Source: an uncultured virus (IMG/VR IMGVR_UViG_3300031612_000001) (Duplodnaviria; Heunggongvirae; Uroviricota; Caudoviricetes). Taken from it: a DNA stretch of 64,000 nt. Shown in pieces: positions 21,138 to 28,849 of this stretch; the first letter of the stretch is position 1, and each line of letters starts with the position of its first letter. A model generated the notes under the pieces. That model saw nothing but the letters and a program-made list of their open reading frames with translations, was not told where the DNA came from and searched no databases. The DNA lies in IMG/VR virus record IMGVR_UViG_3300031612_000001. One strand, given 5' to 3'. A program made the position numbers and the translations under genes.

Positions 21138-21212
21138 ATAGATATATGGATGAAAAAACTAACGACGGTAGATGGAACTGGTATGGCGAAAGGCAACCAG
21201 TAGAGGAAGAAG

Positions 21213-21680
21213 ATGGCACTAACACAAAATAAAAACTTTATGAGTCCTGTTGGATTCGTATTCAAACTAGATGCAACTAACTTTGCAAATACTGAATACT
21301 TCTGTACTCAAGTTACTATGCCAGGTATATCCTTATCTGAAGCGGTAGTACCATATAGAGGTGTGAATCTTGCGATGACTGGTGACAGATTACAGTTCGA
21401 TGATTTAGCTATCAGGTTTAACGTTACTGAGAATATGGAAAACTATATAGAGATATTCGATTGGATGCATAATATTATACAAGCTAAAGACGCTGAATCG
21501 TATAAGTTTGATGCTTCTCTATTGATTATGTCTTCTCACAATAACCTATTAAAAACTATTAAATTCCAAGAGGTATTTCCTACTAGCTTAACATCAGTAG
21601 AATTTAACTCTCAAGCAGGTGATGTGGAATACTTGCAAGCTGACGTAACATTTAAATATACTTTATTTGAATTTGCTTAA
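21213..21680 (+). CDS. gp3: tail completion / tube terminator gp3-like
   Basis: NFMSPVGF, FCTQVTMPGISL, VTENMENYIEIFDWM and FPTSL motifs; late promoter at 21133-21140. Confidence 0.85.
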   Translation: MALTQNKNFMSPVGFVFKLDATNFANTEYFCTQVTMPGISLSEAVVPYRGVNLAMTGDRLQFDDLAIRFNVTENMENYIEIFDWMHNIIQAKDAESYKFDASLLIMSSHNNLLKTIKFQEVFPTSLTSVEFNSQAGDVEYLQADVTFKYTLFEFA

Positions 21681-21688
21681 AATATACC

Positions 21689-21717
21689 TGTACATTTGTA
21701 CAAATTTATGGTATAAT
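21689..21717 (+). promoter_or_regulatory. early sigma70-type promoter
   Basis: TGTACA-17 nt-TATAAT with extended -10 (TGG). Confidence 0.8.
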
Positions 21718-21748
21718 ATTATAAAATGTATTAAATTATGGAGACATT

Positions 21749-22195
21749 ATGAATAACTTAGAATCGATTCTAGCACTGTGGAAGAAAGATTGTATTATAG
21801 ATGAAATACAATTAGACGAAGCTTCCAGAGACTCAGCTAAATTGCACAGTAAATACTTAGATCTATATTCAGTCAATAGGCTGAAGCAAAAAGATCTAGA
21901 CCTCAAATACAAAATCATACTCAGAGATAAATTCAAACATTACGGTGGTAAACTGTCACAGCAAGAAATGGACCATAAAGGTTGGGAATACGATCCCCTT
22001 GGTGGTCATACAGTATTGAAAGGTGACCTTGATAAATGGTATGATGCTGATGAGGTAATACAAGAACATCAGAAAAGAATGGCCGTACAAGACGAGGTAG
22101 TTTCTACTCTAAAAGAGATAATGGAAAATATTAAATGGCGACATCAGACAATTAAAAATATGATTGAATGGAGAAAGTTCACTAGTGGAATATAA
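21749..22195 (+). CDS. uvsY: recombination mediator UvsY
   Basis: LHSKYL and IKNMIEWRKF motifs; synteny with uvsW. Confidence 0.9.
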   Translation: MNNLESILALWKKDCIIDEIQLDEASRDSAKLHSKYLDLYSVNRLKQKDLDLKYKIILRDKFKHYGGKLSQQEMDHKGWEYDPLGGHTVLKGDLDKWYDADEVIQEHQKRMAVQDEVVSTLKEIMENIKWRHQTIKNMIEWRKFTSGI

Positions 22196-23057
22196 AATCC
22201 ATCAGTATCGTTTTGATAATTTTACAGGTCGAGAAGATATAATTCGTGAAGCTATGAATGAACTTGGCCACGAAGAAAGCGAAACTCCTGAATTGAATAT
22301 ATACAATCATTGTCATATATCAGAATTAGAAACTGAGAACAATATAATATTTAAACCCACTGGTCCTACTCATAAACATTTTGCATTAGATACTATTGGT
22401 TATGCTAATAGTTCTTCTATTGCATTTAAAGAACCAGATTGGTTTCAGGTTCCTACGAAAGAAAATTTAGATTATATACAATCATTGATAAAAGCAAGAT
22501 CTAATAAGTGGGATGATTCTATTCTACTAAAATGGAGAAAGGCAAAGAACGTAGCTAATGACCATATCTTAATTATAGGACAAGTTCCAACCGACGAAAC
22601 TGTAAATGGTTTTGGGTTTGGTGATCATTTTAAAAAGCTGCAGATGATTGTAAATAGTATTAAAGATAAAAACATAATAGTTAAGTTACATCCTTCTATG
22701 AAAATACGAGGAAGAACAAAAGATATAATCGATAAATGGATTCAAGATGGTATCGATGTAAGAACTGCTTTTGAATCCATACATGATTTTCTACCTAAAA
22801 CTAGAGTAGCTATATTAGAGAACAGCACAGCAGGTATAGAATGTATGATGCACGGAGTTCCTATTATATCCTATGGCTGGCCAGAGTATCATTGGCTTAC
22901 TAAACAATTGCAATCACTAACTCAATTAGATGAAATAGTGACCGACTTAAGTTGGCACAGTGGTGTTAGTCAATCTATGTATATTAATTGGTATATAAAT
23001 AAATATCTATGCAGTGATATAGCATCAACTAAAAATAGATTACAACAGATTATATAA
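22185..23057 (+). CDS. capsule-polysaccharide-synthesis (KpsS/KpsC-like) glycosyltransferase-fold protein
   Basis: IGQVPTD, VKLHP and NSTAGIECMMHGVPIISYG motifs resemble the Capsule_synth family; probable GTG start at 22185. Confidence 0.65.
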   Translation: MEYKIHQYRFDNFTGREDIIREAMNELGHEESETPELNIYNHCHISELETENNIIFKPTGPTHKHFALDTIGYANSSSIAFKEPDWFQVPTKENLDYIQSLIKARSNKWDDSILLKWRKAKNVANDHILIIGQVPTDETVNGFGFGDHFKKLQMIVNSIKDKNIIVKLHPSMKIRGRTKDIIDKWIQDGIDVRTAFESIHDFLPKTRVAILENSTAGIECMMHGVPIISYGWPEYHWLTKQLQSLTQLDEIVTDLSWHSGVSQSMYINWYINKYLCSDIASTKNRLQQII

Positions 23058-24556
23058 TGGAAACAGTTACCTACACCAAACTTAACGAAACATTCATGCG
23101 AATAGAATGCGAGGCAAGTACTGCACAAGAGATCTCTGAGCAGTTTTGTTTCTTTGTTCCTGGATATAAGTTCATGCCGGCCTATAAGAACAGAATGTGG
23201 GACGGAAAGATCAGATTATTCAATATAAGGGACAAAACATTGTATTGTGGGCTTTTGAGCTATTTAAAGTCATTCTGTGCCGAAAGAGGCTATACGATAA
23301 AAGCACACGATATCAATGGCTTAGAGCATTCGCATAAGTCCGATTTAAGGGCTTTAGAGGCCTATATTGCGAATCTGGGGCTCTCCGTGAATGGAGTAGG
23401 TATAACACCCAGGGACTACCAAATCGATGCACTCTCGTGCGCGTTAACAAACGGTAAAAGGTTGCTCCTATCCCCTACGGCTTCTGGCAAATCTTTAATC
23501 ATATATATGTTACTTAGATACTATATGGATTTAGATCCTAGTAAGAAGGTTTTGATTATAGTTCCAACCACTTCATTAGTTGAACAGATGTATGCTGATT
23601 TCGATGATTACTCTAAGCTAGATAAAAATTGGCATGTCGATGAATGGTGTCATAGAATATATGCTGGTAAAGATAAAGACACTCATCATAGATGTATCAT
23701 ATCAACTTGGCAATCATTACATAAATTACCAGCTTCTAGTTTCGAACATATAGGTATGGTTATAGGAGATGAAGCTCACCAGTTTAAAGCTAAGTCATTA
23801 ACATCAATATTAGAAAAATGCGTTAATGCTCCATTTAAGATTGGTACGACAGGAACACTAGATGGAACTCAAACTCATCAGTTAGTATTAGAAGGATTAT
23901 TCGGACCAGTTTATAAAGTAACTACATCAAAAGAATTAATGGATAAAGGTTCATTAGCTCAGATGGATATCTCTATGTTGTTGTTAAAGTATAAAGAAGA
24001 ATACTGTAAGCAAGTAACTAAAATGAAATATCAAGAAGAGATAGATTTTATTGTACGTTATGCTCCTAGGAATAACTTTATATCCAACCTAGCATTAGAT
24101 CAAAAAGGTAATACTTTAGTGTTGTTTAATTACGTAGAGAAACATGGTAAACCATTATACGATCTACTAAAGACTAAAATGGAAGGTGATCGTAAACTCT
24201 TCTATGTATCTGGTGAGACAAAAGTAGATGATAGAGAAAATATCAGAGCTCTTACTGAAACACAAAATGACGCGATCATCGTAGCTTCACTAGGAACATT
24301 CTCTACAGGTATTAATATCAAACGATTACATAATTTGATCTTTGCTTCACCATCTAAATCTCAGATAAGAGTATTACAGAGTATTGGTCGTGGATTACGT
24401 ATCAGTGGTGATGGTATAAATACTAAGGTATACGACATTACGGATGACTTACAACATAAAGGAAAGAAAAACTATACCTTAAACCACGCGGCAGAGCGCG
24501 TAAAAATTTATTCTAAAGAAAGATTTAAGTTTAAAGTTTACGATATAAATATATAA
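23057..24556 (+). CDS. uvsW: UvsW RNA-DNA/DNA helicase
   Basis: WDGKIRLF, PRDYQ, SPTASGKS, GDEAH and LQSIGRGLR motifs. Confidence 0.96.
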   Translation: METVTYTKLNETFMRIECEASTAQEISEQFCFFVPGYKFMPAYKNRMWDGKIRLFNIRDKTLYCGLLSYLKSFCAERGYTIKAHDINGLEHSHKSDLRALEAYIANLGLSVNGVGITPRDYQIDALSCALTNGKRLLLSPTASGKSLIIYMLLRYYMDLDPSKKVLIIVPTTSLVEQMYADFDDYSKLDKNWHVDEWCHRIYAGKDKDTHHRCIISTWQSLHKLPASSFEHIGMVIGDEAHQFKAKSLTSILEKCVNAPFKIGTTGTLDGTQTHQLVLEGLFGPVYKVTTSKELMDKGSLAQMDISMLLLKYKEEYCKQVTKMKYQEEIDFIVRYAPRNNFISNLALDQKGNTLVLFNYVEKHGKPLYDLLKTKMEGDRKLFYVSGETKVDDRENIRALTETQNDAIIVASLGTFSTGINIKRLHNLIFASPSKSQIRVLQSIGRGLRISGDGINTKVYDITDDLQHKGKKNYTLNHAAERVKIYSKERFKFKVYDINI

Positions 24557-24557
24557 T

Positions 24558-24959
24558 ATGCTAACTACAAATAATAAGATTAATATAAGACAATTCAAAC
24601 TATCCAATGGTGAAGAAATCATTGCACTAGTTAATGAGAGAACCGATAACGGAGAGTATATTATAGAGAGACCGTTTAAGATTAGTAGTGGAATGGTTGG
24701 GGGATTTTATTTCCATCCATGGTTTGCTTTCTCTTCTCAGAAAATGTTTAAGTTATCGAAAGACAAAATCCTTTATCATGTTGAAATTGATGAAGAGATA
24801 AAAAGCGAATACATCAAGCTAGCCGCCGAAAGCTCTAGTCCACGATCTCACTCACCAAGATTAAGATCCAAAGATGATATATTAGAAGAGTTACAGACGG
24901 AGTTTGAAGATGAACTTAAAGATGAATCCTTTAATATGGAAACTGAAACAATACATTAA
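24558..24959 (+). CDS. conserved T4-like hypothetical protein (Sm-like fold likely)
   Basis: FKLSNGEEIIA motif; late promoter at 24544-24551; similar start to the ORF at 39752. Confidence 0.6.
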   Translation: MLTTNNKINIRQFKLSNGEEIIALVNERTDNGEYIIERPFKISSGMVGGFYFHPWFAFSSQKMFKLSKDKILYHVEIDEEIKSEYIKLAAESSSPRSHSPRLRSKDDILEELQTEFEDELKDESFNMETETIH

Positions 24960-24994
24960 ATTAGTATACCCCTTTCCCCCGAGTGGACTATAAT

Positions 24995-25023
24995 ATTATA
25001 TCATACTTTCTAGCAAATGTACA
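24995..25023 (-). promoter_or_regulatory. early-type promoter on the minus strand (antisense to the upstream genes)
   Basis: Reverse complement reads TGTACA-TTTGCTAGAAAGTATGA-TATAAT, a full match to the phage early consensus. Confidence 0.75.
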
Positions 25024-25057
25024 CCTTTATTTGCAATAAAATGAAATTAAATAACTA

Positions 25058-25086
25058 TGTACATTCACGTGAAACTGTGTTATAAT
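25058..25086 (+). promoter_or_regulatory. early sigma70-type promoter for gp55-47-46
   Basis: TGTACA-17 nt-TATAAT with extended -10 (TGT). Confidence 0.8.
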
Positions 25087-25096
25087 ATATTATTAT

Positions 25097-25678
25097 ATGG
25101 AGAAACCAATGACTGAAAAAACAAAGAAGCCGCATTATATAAACAATAAAGACTTCTCTCAAGCTGTGATGGATTATGCCACATCAGTACACGAAGCTAG
25201 AGCAAAAGAAACCGAAATACCTAAAGTTACTAATTATATTGCGACATGCTTTATTAAGATATCCGAAGGATTGAGCCGAAGGCCCAATTTTATAAGGTAT
25301 ACCTATAGAGAAGAAATGGTAATGGATGGAGTAGAAAATTGTTTAAGAGCTATTAATAATTATAACATCGATAAAGCTACTCGTACTGGTAAGCCTAATG
25401 CATTCTCATACTTCACACAAATAGTATACTTTGCATTCTTAAGAAGGATTGCTAAAGAGAAAAGACAGCAAGACATTAAGTTTAAATTCATTGAAAAAAT
25501 GGGTATCGAAGACTTTGTTGCAATGGGAATGGACGGTGAAGGCGCTGAACAAACAATGCAATATGTAGATACACTAAGGCAAAGGATTAGTAGAGTACAA
25601 GATACTGATCAGAAGCTTAAAGAGTTTGCTAAAGAAGAAAAGAAGAAACTTAAAAAATTAGAGTTGTTCATGGCATGA
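25097..25678 (+). CDS. gp55: late-transcription sigma factor gp55
   Basis: HYINNKDF, PNFIRYTYREEMVMDG and NAFSYFTQIVYFAFLRRI motifs. Confidence 0.95.
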   Translation: MEKPMTEKTKKPHYINNKDFSQAVMDYATSVHEARAKETEIPKVTNYIATCFIKISEGLSRRPNFIRYTYREEMVMDGVENCLRAINNYNIDKATRTGKPNAFSYFTQIVYFAFLRRIAKEKRQQDIKFKFIEKMGIEDFVAMGMDGEGAEQTMQYVDTLRQRISRVQDTDQKLKEFAKEEKKKLKKLELFMA

Positions 25679-26736
25679 AGATAGCGATTATTAATGACAC
25701 ACATTGTGGTACAAGAAATTCGAGTGATATCTTCTTAGAATACCAAGGCAGATTTTATGAAGAGATATTTTTTCCGTATTTAAAAGAACATAACATTACA
25801 CAAATATTGCATCTAGGAGATTACTATGAGCACAGAAAATTCGTCAACTTTAAAGCACTCAATGCTAATCGTAAGCATTTTCTTGAGCCTATGCGCGATG
25901 CAGGTATTACCATGGATATTATACCCGGAAACCATGACGTCTATTTTAAAAACACAAACGAATTGTGTAGTCTCAAAGAACTGCTTGGCTATTTTACCTC
26001 TAATGTAAATATTATAATGAAGCCAACTGTCTTAGATTATGCTGGACTAAATGTTGCGCTTATACCATGGATCAATAATGCTAACTATAAAGAGTATGTT
26101 GATTTTGCTTTGAATTGTAAAGCAGATATTCTTGGAGCTCATTTAGAATTAAAAGGATTTGATATGATGGCTGGATTTCCTAATCCCCATGGTATGAGTG
26201 CTGATATATTCTCTAGGTTTGAACAAGTACTTTCAGGTCATTTTCATACTAGATCAAGCAGAGATAATGTCAAATACTTAGGTTCACAATTTGAAATGAC
26301 GTGGGCTGATGTAGATGATAATAAATTTTTTCATGTATTAGATACTGAAACAAGAGAAGTAACTCCTGTACGTAATCCTATTACTATATTTAAGAAGTTT
26401 ATATATGACGATGTAACACACGATTATAGCAATATAGATGTAAAAGAGTTCGAACACAAGTTTGTAAAGGTCATTGTATTAAACAAAACTGATCTCTATA
26501 TGTTTGATAGGTTCATTGATAAATTACAATCAATCGAAACTTATGAGCTCAAAATAGCTGAGAACTTTGAAGAATTTCTAGGTGAAAGCGTTGAAGATGA
26601 TAAAGTCTCTTTAGAAGATACTACGGAATTACTTGATTCCTATGTCGAAGCGGTCGATACAGATCTTGATAAAGAACATATAAAAGTGAAATTGAGAGGA
26701 CTCTATACAGAGGCTCAAAACCTAGAGGTAGTATGA
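25675..26736 (+). CDS. gp47: recombination nuclease subunit gp47 (Mre11/SbcD-like)
   Basis: DTHCG, LGD, GNHD and SGHFH phosphoesterase motifs. Confidence 0.95.
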   Translation: MKIAIINDTHCGTRNSSDIFLEYQGRFYEEIFFPYLKEHNITQILHLGDYYEHRKFVNFKALNANRKHFLEPMRDAGITMDIIPGNHDVYFKNTNELCSLKELLGYFTSNVNIIMKPTVLDYAGLNVALIPWINNANYKEYVDFALNCKADILGAHLELKGFDMMAGFPNPHGMSADIFSRFEQVLSGHFHTRSSRDNVKYLGSQFEMTWADVDDNKFFHVLDTETREVTPVRNPITIFKKFIYDDVTHDYSNIDVKEFEHKFVKVIVLNKTDLYMFDRFIDKLQSIETYELKIAENFEEFLGESVEDDKVSLEDTTELLDSYVEAVDTDLDKEHIKVKLRGLYTEAQNLEVV

Positions 26737-28448
26737 TACATTTTAAACTTGTTAGGTGGAAGAACTTTCTTTCCACCGGTAATGAATTCATTGAAGTAAA
26801 ACTAGATAAATCACCTACTACTCTCATAGTAGGTCAAAATGGCGCAGGCAAATCCACACTATTAGATGCCCTATCATTCGCGCTGTTTAATAAACCCCAT
26901 AGAGACATTAAGAAAGACCAGTTAATTAACTCTATCAATAAGAAGCAATGCGTTGTCGAAGTTGAATTCGATATCGGCGGAATAGAATTTAAAGTTATTA
27001 GGGCTATCAAGCCAGGAAGATTTGAGATCTGGCAGAATGGTAATCAAGTTAATCAGGCAGCAAATGCAAGGGACCATCAAAAGTTCCTTGAACAAAATAT
27101 ACTTAAGTTAAATCATAAGTCGTTTCACCAAATAGTTGTATTAGGGAGTAGTTCGTTTATTCCTTTTATGCAGTTACCGGTATGGTCTCGCAGGGAGGTG
27201 ATTGAAGACCTACTAGACATAAACATATTCTCGAAAATGAATCAAATTCTAAAAGAGAGAAATGCAACTATTCGAAACAATCTAATTGATATTAACCATA
27301 GCCTTGAGCTCATCAAAACAAAGATGGCATCTCAAGATAAGTATATTACAGATCTTAATGCTATTAATAAGGATCAGATTGGACAGAAGAAAGATTCTAT
27401 GGAAATACATTCCATTAGGATTAAAGATATCTTTAAGGAATCAAAAACCTTAGGAGAAAATCTTACAGCTTCGTTGAGATCTGAAACTACAAATTATGAG
27501 AAGCAAATAGATCAGATATCTGATTTTAAATCTCATGATAATACATTAAATAATTCTATTAAAAAGCTAGTACAGGATGCGAAATTTTATGAAGAGAATG
27601 ATGAATGCCCAACGTGTGACCAATCAATCGAGGAGTCGAAGAAGACAACAAAGATTGCAGCAATCAAAACTGAAGCCGGAAGTATTCAACAAGAAAAACA
27701 AGACCTTGACAGAAAATTAAGCGTATTAAATACTACCACTAAATCAATTAATCAGAGTATAGAGAAACTAAGAGAACGTCAGAATAAAATCAATTCTAAC
27801 AACGATCAGATTTCTTTATTACAACATGAGATTGATAAGATCCAAAAAGAGATCTCATCTCTATCGGGTCAAAGCGGTGATATTAAACAGGCTAAGAAAG
27901 ATCGTATAATATTACAGAGTGATAAAGATTCTGAAACCGAACGTAAATTAACTATGGTCGAAGAAAGAACTTATAACGAAGTAATTGGAGAGATGTTAAA
28001 AGATACTGGAATCAAAACAAAAGTAGTAAAGCAATATTTACCTGTAATGAATAGGTTCATAAATCAATACTTACAGATTCTAGATTTCTTTGTAGCATTT
28101 CACTTAGACGAAAACTTTAATGAAACTATTAGGTCAAGACACAGAGATACATTTAACTATGCATCTTTCTCAGAAGGAGAGAAACAAAGAATCGATTTGT
28201 CTCTTCTATTCACTTGGCGCCAAATCGCTAAGATGAAAAATTCAGCAGCTACTAATCTATTAATCTTGGATGAAACATTCGATTCAAGCTTAGATGTAGA
28301 TGGCATTGAAAACTTAACAAAGATCTTAAGTACACTTGATGATGATACAAATGTATTCATTATATCTCATAAGGGTGATGTTCTGGAAAACAAATTCAGA
28401 TCAAAGATTGAGTTCTATAAGGAAAAAGACTTTAGTAAAATAAAGTAA
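26733..28448 (+). CDS. gp46: recombination ATPase subunit gp46 (Rad50/SbcC-like)
   Basis: GQNGAGKST; CPTC zinc hook; FSEGEK; LILDE. Confidence 0.96.
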   Translation: MIHFKLVRWKNFLSTGNEFIEVKLDKSPTTLIVGQNGAGKSTLLDALSFALFNKPHRDIKKDQLINSINKKQCVVEVEFDIGGIEFKVIRAIKPGRFEIWQNGNQVNQAANARDHQKFLEQNILKLNHKSFHQIVVLGSSSFIPFMQLPVWSRREVIEDLLDINIFSKMNQILKERNATIRNNLIDINHSLELIKTKMASQDKYITDLNAINKDQIGQKKDSMEIHSIRIKDIFKESKTLGENLTASLRSETTNYEKQIDQISDFKSHDNTLNNSIKKLVQDAKFYEENDECPTCDQSIEESKKTTKIAAIKTEAGSIQQEKQDLDRKLSVLNTTTKSINQSIEKLRERQNKINSNNDQISLLQHEIDKIQKEISSLSGQSGDIKQAKKDRIILQSDKDSETERKLTMVEERTYNEVIGEMLKDTGIKTKVVKQYLPVMNRFINQYLQILDFFVAFHLDENFNETIRSRHRDTFNYASFSEGEKQRIDLSLLFTWRQIAKMKNSAATNLLILDETFDSSLDVDGIENLTKILSTLDDDTNVFIISHKGDVLENKFRSKIEFYKEKDFSKIK

Positions 28449-28456
28449 ATCTTGCA

Positions 28457-28533
28457 GTGCTCATAGCTCAATTGGATAGAGCAACAGCCTTCTAAGCTGT
28501 AGGTTCCAGGTTCAAGTCCTGGTGGGCACACCA
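28457..28533 (+). tRNA. tRNA-Arg (anticodon TCT, reads AGA)
   Basis: Acceptor stem GTGCTCA/TGGGCAC; D-arm TAGCTCAATTGGATAGAGC; anticodon arm ACAGC-CTTCTAA-GCTGT; GTTCAA T-loop; encoded CCA. Confidence 0.96.
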
Positions 28534-28552
28534 ATTAATAAAGGAAACACAA

Positions 28553-28759
28553 ATGGAAATGACGTACCTTGAGTATAAACTTAAGATGGACAGTCATGGT
28601 ATACAGTTCTCTGATGATAAAGATCGAATTACTATGGCTACACTCACAGAAAGACACGGATTTGAAGAAGGTGATATGTTCAGATTCTCTACTGATTCAG
28701 AAGGAAAGTTGATGTTACAGAAGGTAAAAATGCCAACAATTGCTGATATCTTGCAATAA
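28553..28759 (+). CDS. small hypothetical protein (possible AbrB-like fold)
   Basis: 68 aa with AAGGA SD; GFEEGDMFRF...GKLMLQKV pattern. Confidence 0.55.
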   Translation: MEMTYLEYKLKMDSHGIQFSDDKDRITMATLTERHGFEEGDMFRFSTDSEGKLMLQKVKMPTIADILQ

Positions 28760-28783
28760 ATGTGAAATTAACGAAAATAAAGG

Positions 28784-28812
28784 TGTACATTTGCTAAGAA
28801 CTATGGTATAAT
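28784..28812 (+). promoter_or_regulatory. early promoter with A-rich UP element
   Basis: TGTACA-17 nt-TATAAT; near-identical copy at 31176. Confidence 0.85.
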
Positions 28813-28849
28813 ATACTTATATTGAGAATAAAGTAATGGGAGTTAATTT

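Noticed and set aside
27143..27215. Hairpins within gp46 (AGGGAGTAG/TTATTCCTT and GGTCT/AGACC)
   Set aside because: They are short, rich in G-U pairs and overlap a conserved protein motif; not distinguishable from chance by eye
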